Assembly: GCA_036172245.1 (NCBI GenBank) | Contig: JAYWIR010000060.1 | Location: 186,001-250,000, forward strand | Origin: Raillietiella orientalis | Lineage: Eukaryota | DNA: 64,000 bases | Direction of reading: 5' to 3' | Shown here: positions 35,581 to 48,700 of the stretch, in pieces | Layout: each line of letters begins with the position of its first letter | How positions within the stretch are numbered: position 1 is the stretch's first letter | Made by a program: the position numbers and the translations under genes | Notes under the pieces: generated by a model | Databases searched by the model: none | The model's input: the letters and a program-made list of their open reading frames with translations, nothing else | Told to the model about the DNA's origin: nothing

Positions 35581-37749
35581 GCACCAGAGTCCACCCACCG
35601 GGGACATCTGCCCGGTCATTTGCCCTCAGTGGACGCCACGAGTCCGCGTCCTTCCGCGTCTTCGAGTCCCCCCGCACCGTTCTTCCCTTCTCTTCCCAGA
35701 GACTCCTCCCGTCGGAGGACTCCCACCCAGGGACTTCTGCCTTTCTGTGGCAAAACCCCTCGGCGGGGGGAGGCTGCGAGTCGTCTGTCCGCAGCGCCGC
35801 CGAACACTTCGGCACTCGGAAGGCTCCTGCAGGAGGCGTCGGAAGGGCACCTCGGAGAAGGTGGGTGCGGTTCAACTGGAGGGTCCAGCAACGATGCAGG
35901 AGGTGGAGGAGGAAACGTCCTCAGAAGGCAAGCAGATGCCAAGTCCCGCAGCTCGCGGCGACCGTTTGGTGAAAACACCTCTTTGCCGAGAAGAATGGCG
36001 ACCACAAGCGCCATCCCTCCTTCCCTGATGCAGCCCCAGACGGTCCTTCCCGTCCATTTCCGGCGAGCACCTCGGAGCACCTCCCTTACGAGGGATGTCT
36101 GCCCTCCTCGCCTTCGGACGATCGCCGCCTCTCTGAGCAAGATGGAGATGCTCCTCCTGCGCCCAGAAGCAAGGGGGACCGCAGACGAGGCCACTGAGTC
36201 TGCATCGAAGGATGGGGTCACCCTCAGCCCCCGGTAAGGAAGGGCGGGGGAAGGGTTCGGAGGCCAGAAGAGTCTGCGACTCCTGAGCAGGGAGGAGAAA
36301 TCCCGGACCAAGGGAAAGGGGAGGCCCCGGATTTCACCAAAAGCGCGCCCTTCACCCAGCTCTCGGAAAGGCTCCACCGTGGTCCAGGTAGACCAGGACC
36401 GCCCCCAAACCCCCATCAGTATGGACCCGTCCGAGGGTCCAGCGCACTTGCACTGACGTGAACCTCCTCTGCGTTAGCGTGGTGACATCCCCGTGGGCGT
36501 CGGGTCGATCCTGGAGGCACTGCAGTGCTCCAGTCAGTCTATCCCTCAGGGAGGAGGCCAACCCGCGACAGGTGAGGAGCGACTCCAACCTCCCATCCAC
36601 TTTTAAAAAGTAGTTCAGGGTGTTGTCCGGCAGATGGGTGGCGCATCAGACGAGAGTGGATTTCCATTCAAGCTAACAGATAGTGAGCGGAGGTAGTGAC
36701 CTGCTCTGGTGCATCTTCAGAATCGTGATGTGGGAAGTCCCGGGATCGCAGATCATCCCCTGAAGGCGCCCCTCTGTGGCGTCCGGTCGACGAACTTCAC
36801 CCCCAGACCCACCGATGCTGCGTTTCCTCGTGGGAATTGCAACGTCTTCCGGTAGATGTCGAAGCCATTGAGTTCCGGTCTCATCGAACGCACCAGGCGT
36901 TTCATAAGCTGCCTCTCTTTCTTTTTGCCAGGAGGTTCCGGTTAACCAGGGCCGGACGGGGGATGGAATCTTCTCCGGGGACTTCTCCGGGGACCCTCTG
37001 GTTTGCCTTCCATTCTGCCGAAGCAGAAAGAGGTGGACGCTGAGAAACGAGGTGGAGGGTCTGTCGTCATGGCAGCCAACTCGTGCTCACGATGAAACCG
37101 TGGTTTTGAGGACCCTCCTGTAGGGTCCGCTCGATGCTCCCAGAGGACCCCAGACAGGGGTGAGGGACACTCCCATTCTCCTCCTCAGGCGACCTACAGT
37201 CTCCGGTTCCTTCAGAATCTCGTCGCTGGCCCACTGGCAGGTAAGAACTGCCTCCAGAGGACACAACGAGGACACTCTTCTTCGGGAGGGCGCACAGCCA
37301 GGCTCCCCATTCGCTTCCGTCTTCCTCCCCAGCTCCCTTTCGCTGGCACCTCCGAGAGCCGTCGTTCGGTGTTCGGAAGAGTGCCAAGCAGAACGACTCG
37401 GCCTCCGCTGTGGAGTCTTGCCAGGTCAGGTCGGAGACCAGAGACCTCCCAGGGAGGAGCCGAGCAGCTGATTGGGCCGAGCACTTGTCGCGACGCTCTG
37501 TAGTTGCGCAGGAGTTGTATGTTCCCGGAGGGATCTTTTCGGAGCTCCTTTCCTCCCTCCTGGTGCTCCTCGGAGGTCTCTTCCAGGTTTGCCGTCTCTC
37601 GCACACGCGGCTGGCAGCGCCTCCGATGGGCGCGCCTCGTACAGGGACGAGGCGAGCCCGACCGCACGCCCACGGGGTCGCAGTTCGCAACCCGCACGCC
37701 GTCCCTAGAGGTGCGCGACCCGATGCAAGGTTCTCATCATGCAAGGTGA

Positions 37750-39215
37750 TTTCGCCGTCGTCCGACGGCCGAGGTCAGGCGGCAGGCGGCTTCACACTTC
37801 GCTTCCGGGCTCGTAGAGGATCTCCTCAGGAAGCCCTTTGTGGCACAGGGAGGTCCAGAGTCCATTTAAAAGATCTCTGTGCTCCATGTAGGGATGGAGG
37901 ACTGGGCCTCCTTACGGATGGAGCGACAGCTCCAATTCAGAAAACTCGCCATCGCGGCGAAGTTGTGGACAACGCCCTGGTGCGCACCCACACGCCTCCT
38001 CTCCAGCAGAGCGACCGGCTGCGAAGGATTGTCTCCGATCCTCGTGGCGTACGAACGCAGCCTGAGGCATTGCATCCATCAGCTGCGCCGGATGGTTTCC
38101 CTGGTGCAGAACAACAACTGGATCTCCTGCCTCCCCGCGAACTGCACTGCCTGGCTTCAGGACCCAGTTTCGGCATGGGGAAAGATCCACGGCTCGAGCG
38201 AGGCAGGGTACGTCTGCCTCCGGAAAGGGAGGCACGCTCGACAGCCTCTGCAGGAGATCGTGACTAAACCACGCAAACTGCTGTGGTCCTCATTCACCCC
38301 CCTTTCCCCAGTGCTGTCCTCTCTAAGCAACGCTGAGGACAGCAACGATCCGGCAAAGTGGGAAGTGGCCTGCTTCATTGGAGACAGAAATAAACTTTTG
38401 AAAGCGTGGACAACTCGGCAGCTAGCAGACGCTGCGACCCCGAGCGTCTCACCCAAAGGACTTGTACGCTGGGGCAAACTGCTCGCAATACCTCCGGAGG
38501 AGGTGAAGTGGCCCCCAGCGTGTTGAAACAGTGGCATTCTCCCCCCCGAAGTGTCAAGAGACGGCGTAGCTGTTGTTGCATTGGGGAATCCCATGCAGTG
38601 TGGATGTCCATTGTACAGAGTGCGGCGAAAGGGAGACCTTCCCGCATCTCTTAATAGACTGCGTCGCCCTCTGTACACTTTGGGATCGACTCTCGTCGAT
38701 CCTCAAAACCCTAGGAGGCGAACCTAAAAACAGTTTCCGGCGCCTCTTCATGAGTGACGCCCTGCCCCCAGCCGCATCTCTAGCAGTTCTCTGCTGTGTA
38801 TGCGGAATCGTGGCAATGTGGAACGCCAGAAGAAGAGGCCAAAATAGCAGGAGTGCCATCCACTGGGCGAAAATCTTGAAGACCACTTCCTGATGGCTCC
38901 AACTAAGAACTATTAAAACACAACTTGTCAGCATCCGTAGCAGGATGCAGAGGACGGCTCCAGTAGATCAGTGATCCCTTCCCCGCCCTCTCCTCCCGAA
39001 TAAACTTTCCCTTCCGACTGTCTTTGATTTTTTGTTTATTTTTGTTTTGTTTTCCTTTCCTCTTCGCCGTTGGAGCGGACCTCACCGGACTGCGTACCGG
39101 TTTATGGCAAGTCCTCCGCGCGCGGTAGAACCAAGTGTTCTAGCACGATAACAGTATCCCTGATGACTTTATTATAAAATTTTAATAAGAATTCTTAATA
39201 ATAAATGCCTTTGCA
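37750..39215 (+). mobile_element. 5'-truncated, frameshifted L1/Tx1-clade LINE (ORF2 C-terminal part plus 3' UTR)
   Basis: RVHLKDLCAPCRDGGLGLL (~37856-37913) is the post-RT GGLGL motif. CTECGERETFPHLLIDC (38612-38662) is a zf-RVT-type CCHC knuckle. It also has VAMWNARR, frameshifts and stops, and a T-rich 3' UTR ending near aataaa (~39200). Confidence 0.75.
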
Positions 39216-39299
39216 AATCCGGGTGACAAAGTCGTTTCCGGGCTCGATGAACCCGTCCGTCCGTCTCCACTCATGCCCTGAGCGCTCCGTGAGTACTCC

Positions 39300-39720
39300 G
39301 CTGGAGCTCTTCGAGATACCCTCCCTCCCGGAGGCAACTCCAGGGACTCTTTGAAACCCCTCTTGGTTCGCGACGCCCTTCGGCCAGCAGCTTCGACGGT
39401 AGCCCTGTGCTGGCTATGCAGGATCGTCGCTGCTTGGAGCAAAGCAACGGGTGGATCCAGAGATGGGGATGGCATCCACTTCGCCGTCCTTTTCATCAGG
39501 ATAGCAACGCGATGGCCCCACCTCGAAAATAATATGCAACACGACCTTGAGACATCCTAGAGAGGATGGACCGGACTGCCACCAGCAGACAGTGATCAAT
39601 TCCCGAACTCCTTCATAGTGCATTATTATTATTATTTTCTTTTTGTTTGTCCCCTCCCCTCTGCTGCCGTGGGGGACCGCGCCGGTCTACGAACCGGTGA
39701 CCTGGCAGGTCTCCATTAAG
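39300..39720 (+). mobile_element. Second tandem 3' fragment of the same LINE family
   Basis: DALRPAASTVALCWLCRIVAAWSKA parallels DALPPAASLAVLCCVCGIVAMWNAR of the preceding copy. It has cagtgatc plus a T-rich UTR. Confidence 0.6.
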
Positions 39721-42700
39721 TTGCTCGTGGTTGAACTACGAGTCCAACGACAGTTCTTGAGATAAACGCCCCGGCGAACCCGGGTGGCAATCAAGATACC
39801 CTCCCGTGCTGCCCCCCGCCTCGGGCTAGCTCTTGAGTCTTTGGGTCGCACCGCAAAGTCGTCCGCTCTGCCCGGGACGCCTGAAGCCTGAGGCATCCCT
39901 TGGGTGGCTCTGCATGCAGAGGTCCGTCCTGCTCTACCCTGCAAGCTCAAGCAGTTCTTGGTCTGGGTGCTGGAAGGTCCATCCCGCTTCCTTAAAGATG
40001 CTTTGCCGGACCGTGGAGCTGCAAGGGATGTTCCCGCTGCCGTGACTGCTTGAAGCGCTCGCAGGCTGGGCGGGGCTCCCTCTCTCGCTGACGTGCCGAG
40101 CCCTCAAACGAGATCCAGGGTGCCTGGGTACTCACTCTCGAGAGGTTGCACACTGACTGCTCCAGATGCTTCGATATCGCTGCTTCATCCGAGATTTCCC
40201 TTCCTGCGCCGCATCTCAGAGCATGCAGCACGTGGGACCCCGACGTCAACCAGAAGGGTCTTCGTCGCGGTTCGAACACTTCACGAGAAGACGATACTCA
40301 CCCTTGAAGCCACAAGAGGCGAAGAAAAAGGTCGCCTTGAGTCTCTGCATGCCATTTGTATAGTGAACCGATACTTTTAATCGGATCAAGAAATGGCAGC
40401 ATGAACTCAGCGCTTTCACTGAACCGCAGCCGCAAAGAGCGCCAAGGAGATTCGTGCTGCAGACCCACGCGCTTTAAAACTGCCGATGACGCCAGCCGAT
40501 GACAAATCGCTCGTGAAGATCGTTGGCGACGGCCTAGGCATAATTAAACCTACATTGGGTGCGTTTGGGTGACCCAACAATCAACCCTAACGATGGATAA
40601 TCGAAACAATCAGTTCCAACAATGGACCTATGATTCGGAAGAACTTTCCCTTCTTCAACGAAATCCTCCGCTGGACTACTTTTTTGAGTTTTGTTTTATT
40701 AGGGCCCAAAACATCTCCCGTTGCGAACGCAGAGTGCTTTTCAGAGTGGGGCCTGCTCGCCCCCCTGACTGATGAACGCACATCTGCCTCGTTGGATGCA
40801 GCTGTCCTCGCCATCGTTCAGATCGTGAACCGTTCGTTACGGATGCAGGGTTCTGTGTTTCTAAGGGATGCTGTCTTGAATCTCTCGAGATGCTGTTGTA
40901 CGAATTTCAAATCGGATATCGGGTACAAAACAGAGTACATAATTAATAAGTGCCCCGACGGCAATGCGGGAACAGGCGTAGAGCGTAGACGTAGAGGCAG
41001 AGGACTTTCCTGAAGAAGTCGTCCTGTGGGTCAGTCCGTTCAAGCCAAGAGCGAGCGGTTGGCTGCGTTGCACCTGCGACGCAGCAACAGCAGATCGACC
41101 CGTCGGCTGCCGGTCAGAAAGACGCATTCAGGAGCATCCCAGGACCCGCGAAGGAGCGGAAATAAAAAGGCAACGGAAGGAATCTCGTAAGATTGGAAGC
41201 TGCCAAAGGCGTAGCAGAAGGAGGAATCCTTCCGTGCGGATGGCTTCACCTCCGTGAGCAGCTTCGAAGGTCGTTGCGGAATTGGTAGGGAGGATATACC
41301 ATGGCACCGTCTCAAGTGAAGCGCAATTGCCGGAGGGAATTTTCGTGGTGCTTGCCGAAGAGAATGACATCGAAATCTGGGAACAGTCAGATTCCCTGGA
41401 AGATCTGTCGCCAACGGCAGAGAAAAATGCTCCGGAAGGCGGAAGATCCTCTCAGAGACCTTGCCTCCACGCATAGAGGAAGAATCCCGAAAGAGGCCAT
41501 GAGCCCGACCCCCCGTGCCTGGAAGCCGCTTCTGAGGATGCGGGCTGCGGAGAGCACTCGGTCCTCGAGTTTGAACCACATCCGAACATCGAGGAAGGAG
41601 CGAGACCTCGGCTCGCTGAGACTGGCTGGTAATTTGATGAATTGGGGCATGCATACCCTCGAGCAGGGTGGCAACGTCTCCTTACCCCCGTATGGCAGCA
41701 CCGTGGATTGCTAGCAGCAATCTCCGAATCAAGCTGGCGTCTTCGCACAAGCAAACAGTCAGGGGGAGTCAGGCAAGCGCCAAGAAGACCACTTTCGACA
41801 CGATGGGGCCTCTGTGAGGCCTCGTCGTGTCGATGACGCAATTCCTGTGGGTCCGTCTGTTGGCGCTGACTTCCTTCCAGCTTTTTCTGCTTGTTTGTTC
41901 TTTTGCTTGCTTTTCGCTTTTCTTTCTGTCTTGGTTCGCTAAGTACTGAAGAACCGTTCACCCCTCCCGGGACATCGGAGCGGCTCGGCGATGCCATCCC
42001 ACGGGGCACGCAAGGTCCTTCGAACACCTCCATCCAAATAGATGTTTCGAGAGTCGCATGTGCGGTCATCTGCTTTCCTATTGAAGCTCGCCTGTATTTG
42101 TGGGTCAGAGCGGCTGTCTCTCCCCTACCCGTTTCCAAGACGACCAGAAAACGGCCGTTTCGCAATCTTCCGAATGAGCAAAAGTGACACGATGGAGGCA
42201 CCCCCGTTACCGAGCGAAAGAAAGTGCTCCCCTCGCAGTTCGTACCGAACGGTACCACGGACGGGTGTCCACATTTCCCACGAGCGGCTACGAACCAGTG
42301 GGAGCGACAGGTGCGCCACGGGTGCCGGGATTTTCCCGAAAAGCGACTGCAATCTCTCACGGAAACTTTTTATTTCACATGAAAACACGCAAAGGTTTGG
42401 GAGCAGCTGTCTTCGCTGCATCCCCAGAGTGCCGATACAGGACGGGCTGTACACTAGCGGACTTTGTACTGTCTTGGCACACGGAACGAAATCGTCCTTA
42501 GTGTCCGACGAGGACCAAAAAATCCTGGAGGCGGCTTTGTCCCTGGATCGCTTTCTCAGCAGCGACTGCCATCTATCGGATGCTCCGAGAAACAGGCGTT
42601 CGCTCTTGTCTGGGAACTCTCGGTTTGGCAAACGTCACTTTGAATGTGCTCGTTCTTTTGTCATGGGGGGGAAAAAAAAAGTCCTTTGCAGCATCCCTAA

Positions 42701-42768
42701 AGAGAAACTTCCAGGATTCGTGACCCCGGTTCATCTCCAGAGAAGGACTCGACTCACTTCCCCTCAAC

Positions 42769-45700
42769 TCAGTTGATCCCTGAGCTGCCCTGCAATGCCA
42801 GATTGAGCACCTGCTTCTGGATCTTGGCCAAGTGGTCCATGACTTGGGGACTCATCACCTCGAACATGTCCTTCCAGTTGTTGTTCAGGTAAACGTGGCA
42901 GATTTCAGCTGCGTGAAAGGGCACATTAGGGAACCGCAAACACGCGCACCCGGAAGAGAGAGAGAGAGAGAGGGAGGGGGGGGGGGGAACGCACGAACGG
43001 GAACGCGCGCGCGGCGACTGTTCTTGCGGAGGTGCTTTCTCCTACCGAGAACTGGCTCCCTCTCCAGCAGCTTGTGGAGACGAATTTTGCCATTCTGGGG
43101 TTTGATCTTCTGCTTGATGTCAGCGACTTGCACGTACTGTTGGGGCGCCTCCCCTTTAGTCACCAGGTTGTTCGTTCCTGTGACCGTGTTGTTTTCTGAA
43201 ACAGAAGTAGCACATTTGCACAGCTGCACTGAATGAAAGTCCTCGCGCGTGATCCTCCCCCTCTCCCCGCCCCCCCAACTGTTCTTTCATCTCTTTCACT
43301 GTTCCATCGAGTTCGCGCGTGGAAAGCACCACGACGGTTCGCAAAGTGCTGAAGAACCATTCGCGCCTCGCTGAAGGAGGGTTCGCGAAGCTCTTTGATA
43401 CTATCCGCGCCACCCGGGGGCACGACTCCTCAAGTCATAGGGGGCGACTATGGAGGGACCACCCTATGGATCCAGGAAGGGCTACGGAGGAAGGAGTCCG
43501 TTGCCCTTTCACTTGCTTGGTAGGGAGCCCCTAAGGGAACCTCTTCCTTAACCTCCCCCCCGGAAAGGATCCGCTCCTGGTTTCCTCCCACGAAAACCCC
43601 GAAGGGCCTCTTCCCAATCTCCTTGGAGGAAGAAGGGAGCAGTGCACTTCGTGTCGCTCTGGAGAGGCAACCTCCCCTAGGGGAGCATCAGCCAGCTTCC
43701 TTTTCACAACCAAAGGGGCACCCCGAAGGGATCCTTCATTCCTAGAAGGACCCCGGAGAGTTAACTTTTAATTTCGGCTAGTGCAGATGGGGGGGGGAAG
43801 GGAGGCATCCAGGGATTTCCGGCTGCTTCCACCAGTGCCGCGCCCCAGTAGGCCGACCAGCGTCATCTTGCGGGGAACTCGAAACTACGACGCACCCCCC
43901 GTTCTCGACAACGGGCGGCGCTTCCCGGGCGGGATTCGAACCTGCGACGCCCGGTGGCGCCTGCGGAGGCGCAGCCGCCAGCTCAGGCAAAGGAGAGCGC
44001 CGCCGCAACAGCAGCACGGCTACTCGCGGCGAAAATTCGGGGTTTCGCTAAGAACTCCGTGCCGTCGCAGCGGGCAAACCCGAGATCCTTCACACTGAAA
44101 AAGAGAAACCCTCGCTGCTCGGCATGGAGCAAGAAGCCGACGACAGAGACCTCGTGCCGATGTCCGGAACGGCAGGTCCGGCCCACAGGAAACCGGCAGA
44201 AGAGTCAGGGAGGCGGCGGCAGTGAAGCCCAAGCCGACACGCCCGAAGACGGCAGAGATGGTGGGCAAGGCGACCGCTGCGCTGAAGGAGAGGCGGCAGC
44301 CCCGTGCAAGCGATGAAGGAGTACGCGGTCGCCAACTGCAACGTGGGAGCGGGGAAGATGCCTCTCCCTTCATCCAGAAGTTCCTGAAGACGGCTGTGAT
44401 GTCCGGAGCCATCGAGCAGACGAGAGTCAATGGCGCGAGGTCCTCCCCCTAGCTGAAGTGAAGTTCTTCTGCTCCCTTTCCCTCCGGGCGCGAGGAAGCA
44501 GAACGAGCAGCTGCAGCATGCGGCTATAGGACAGGCAGGAGAAGCCAAGGGAGAAGGGCGAAGTGGCGAGAAGGGCACGTCCTCCGCAGCAGTCCTGAAA
44601 GCGAAAATGGCGGCAGCGGCGATCCCGAAGAAGCAGCCGGAGCGGACAAGAGGGCGTCCGTCAGAGGGCGCCACTGGTTCACCGAGAAGGCGAAGGCTTT
44701 GGCCCCAAAGAAATAGCAACGCAACATGCCGAATGACGATGACGACGACGAGGAGGAGGAGGAAGAGGGGGCTGCCATCACCGGCCGGCCGGGTGGTCGG
44801 CTCGGGGCACGGTGGCTTCCCTGGCCAAGGGACCGTCACGATGTTTGCATACGGCGTGTGGAGACGACTCTGAATCCATGCCGCCCGACGAGCTCAAACT
44901 CGGGAGGAATCCCAGCCTTGATTGACTGGCTGACCGTCCAAACGGGCAGCAGCCTGAGGGTTACCGGACGCAACCGATCCGGACCCAAGGCTGATGTTAG
45001 CGGTACGAGGTCGTGCCCAGCACCAACGACCACTGCTCGGCTGGCAGTCGCTTCCAGCCTTGGGCAAAGAAACGGAGCTGCCATCTCCCCTTTGGGATGG
45101 TGGTGAGCGCTTCAGAAATGCCTCCCCGCGCCGAGTCGCCTTCCGCGCAACGGACGCCATTCGGATTCACCGGGAAGGCCGTGTGCAAAGGAAAGCTCTT
45201 TGGGACGCCAGCTGTAGCCGGCATCGTCGACAGCGGTGGGGTCACGGTGGCCGAGAGTAAGACAAGAGAACCGTCATGGATGATGACGCGCATTTGGTCA
45301 CGTGTCCCGGATGCGAATCGCACGCCTCTGAACACCATAGTGTTGCTCCATGCAGGCTTACGGCAAAAGAAGGGGTTAAATACAGTAAAAAAAAAAAGTT
45401 TCAGATTTGCACGCATCGTTTGAAGACATCGCTCATTGGTACGTACACCGTTTACTTCTTGAGCGTTTTCGTGTTCGCTTCCCACTCGAATGAGCAGTTG
45501 AGGTTTCATCCTCCTCGGGTGGATGCGAGGAGGCAGAGGGGACGTGCGAGACGACTCAGGAACGAATCCCGTCCGGTAGCCGCGGCGGAAGAGGATGAGC
45601 AGATCCAACGCCTCGCGGGGAAGGCGGTGGTGGGACGCACTTGGCACACTCGGGGTTGCAAGGAGCAGGAAAATGATAAGCTTCCTCAATTGGAGCTTCA

Positions 45701-48700
45701 GTTCTCCTTCCTCAACTGGGGCTTCGAGTGATTACTTTTGGCAGGAAGTGATCTGTGCGAGATGCGAACGTGATTTTGGGGGTTTTCCATTTTGAGGGTG
45801 ACTGCCAGAAGCAGAATTACCAAGGGTGAAGCTGCCTGCACGAATACCCCGACAACGAAAAGCAACTCCTTGTGCGTTCCAGATCAAGGCATTTGCGTTG
45901 ATGGGTCCTTGCCGTTCCGGAAAGGTCGGCTGTCTTGGGGACGGTGTACACACCTTCCAGGAGGAGTCATCCCGGAACGGAACCCTTCGTCTGACGCGAC
46001 GGTCCATCTGGCTTGGGATTTCTGTGCACACGTTGGCAGGAGCGCGGGACGCGGTCCGAGCGGTGCTCCCCAGCGCGAGACTGCGACTCGCATCGTTCTC
46101 GAACTTTCTCGCGACCTGTTCGGCGAGGCGTGTACATTCGGTGTGGATCACTCGCACGCACGCGTGGAACTCGCGCGGAAACCACGCACTTGTGAGGCGG
46201 ACATCCTATTTGAAATGCGGCGGCGGCAGAGACTTGGCACTCCTGAAGACGTCGACTTCTCTAAAGAGAGGTCAGCACTTAACCGCGGAGTGATGTTGTT
46301 GAAGTGGCCGGACAAAAGGGGTGTACTGTGTACGCCACGTACCGTACTGTCTCAGTACGGTATGTGGCGCTAATATGATGGATGAAGCGAAACGAGGTGT
46401 GGTGAAAGGAAAGCTTGAAGTGGTTCAGGGGAAAAAGAATGGGTGGAGTGGACAGAAGCGATGGTTTCATGGCAGCGTAGACGCTGGCCGGAAAGAGGTC
46501 AAAGGAAAAGAGTTGTCCATCTTCCAGGCTTTTTTGATTGGGCGCTTGGATTCCCATTTATTGTATAAAAAGAAAAAATGGGAATGCTCGGATGCATGGG
46601 GAACCTTCAACTGAAGAAACCCTGACAGCTGGTCGACCGACTGCGACTGCCCAGCCTCCGCGTCTCGCCGGAACACACTTTCCATATTCTGTACCGTGTA
46701 CACCATCAAAGTCGAGTGCACCTCGAAGATGTGGTCGGGTGTTCGAAAAATGGCGTCCGTAAGGAAATCAAAGGCCGGCGCTCGACCCGGGAGATGCGCC
46801 ACTTTGTGACGCATCTTTGTTTTGAAAAATATCCTGCGGCAAAATCGGATGGAACTTCTCACGAGTTTCTCTTCTTTTGTATGGAGTTTCTTACTTTCTG
46901 TGCAATAACGAAATTTTTATGAATCCAATTTTCTCCCCTTTTTTTTTTTCGTTGATTTTTACAATAGGTACATTTGCTGTGCGACTGACGTACCTATTCG
47001 TCTTCGCCAATTTCAATCACGCACCCACGGGTGCACTTTTGGAGAAAAAAAATGACTCGCTTAACAGCTCAATAATATATTAATACATGTTATTGGCCGT
47101 ATACGCGTTAATAAATACGTATGTTAAATTAAATTTGTGTATCAATGTATATGCAAATATACCTAACAGGCATATGTGTGTGTGTGTGTGTGTTTTTATA
47201 ATCTTTTGGGATTTCGACCGGAGCCGTCTGGTTCGTCTTGGAGGCTGAGAAGGTTTCGAGCCCTCCAAGAAAAACCCTGCAGAGCGGGTGCGAGGCTGAA
47301 CGTACGAGCCGGCAGGAAAAAGGATCCCACGTGCCCATAAGCACGCGGGGTTGCCCGTTCGGGTCGTGTTTTTTTGTAAAAAAATAAAAAATACAGGAAA
47401 AAGGGGGCATTTCCCTGAGGACGGTGAGACGCCGCCGACTCGACGGGGGTTGGGTGGCACTTGGGTGGCTCCGGGGGCCGGGAAGCGCACGAACCCGCCC
47501 GGCTGCGCGTCCCAGAACAGCTCCTCCCCGCCCCGGGCCCGTTGAAAGAGGTGCCTTACCGAAATACATGTCGAAAGTGCCGTTCGCCCGGAGTCCCAGA
47601 GCGATGAAGCGCACATGGATGCTGTACGTGCCGTTCATCTTCAGGATCGGGATGGTCATTTCGGAGAAGAACTGGCCGGCCTTCGAGTTCGTTCTGAGGC
47701 GTCCCGGGAAGAGAAAGAAAAGGCAGGGCGTAGGCGGAAAGGCGGGATGGGCGACGAGCTTACGCCGACCGGCGCATGGTGAAATTTCCTATCCCTTCGA
47801 CGCGCGTGTTCTCCATGGAGCCGCTGATCCGAATCACCCCGTCGCCATGCTGGAAGTCGAGCTTGTCTATGTACAGCGGATCCAGGTGGGGAATGTTTTG
47901 CGACGGGACTCCCTGGAACATCGCTTTCCTAGTGCTGTATATGGCGTCCACCATGCACCGATTCAGTTCCCGGTCATCTCCAAGCTGGCACGGGGATTTC
48001 TCTGGAAGACGAGACAGAAAGCTCCCCCGCTCTTTCACCCTTCGCCCTTTTGCGCACGTGAGATCGCGCGCGGGGGGAACCATCGCGGTCGTGGTTGCGG
48101 CTGAGCTGCCGCAGCCCGGGGGAGTGCACGGACTTCCAGCCCGCGCGACCCAATTCGGTCCGCCGGCTGGGACTGCAGGGCACCGCCTGCCCCTTCGAAA
48201 ACCCTCAACAGCTGCGGAGGGGCGAAGGCCGAAGGTCGGCGAGCCGGTGCCAGCACTGATGCAGAGGGGAAGTGCAGAGGGACGCGTGCACCCCGCATCA
48301 GCGCAGACGGGAGAATCGTCCCCAGGGCCTGTCCGCAGCCCCCACCCGAAGGCGCGTCAAGTGAAGCCGCACTGTGGACGCAGACGCTGGAGATGGATGG
48401 TCCAAGTGCGAAGCTGCCTTTGCCTAGAAAGGCGGGGCCTCTGATGCAGCCCTTTCCGCCCCACACGAACGACGAAGCGTTCGTTCACTTGTCATTCCTG
48501 CGCGCTGATGTGGCTCCCACGTTCCACCTCGGTGGCGCGATGGCCCGGGGAACTTGGCGCGCGCTCGGGAGGGCGGGCATTTGACCTGCTCGAGGAACTC
48601 CGCAAACCGTGGTCGGAAATGGCCGGTCAGTATCGATCACGGGTTGCCGGGCCACGAGGAGGGGGAGGAAGGCGCATACCCCAATGCGATCAGCGCGCTC

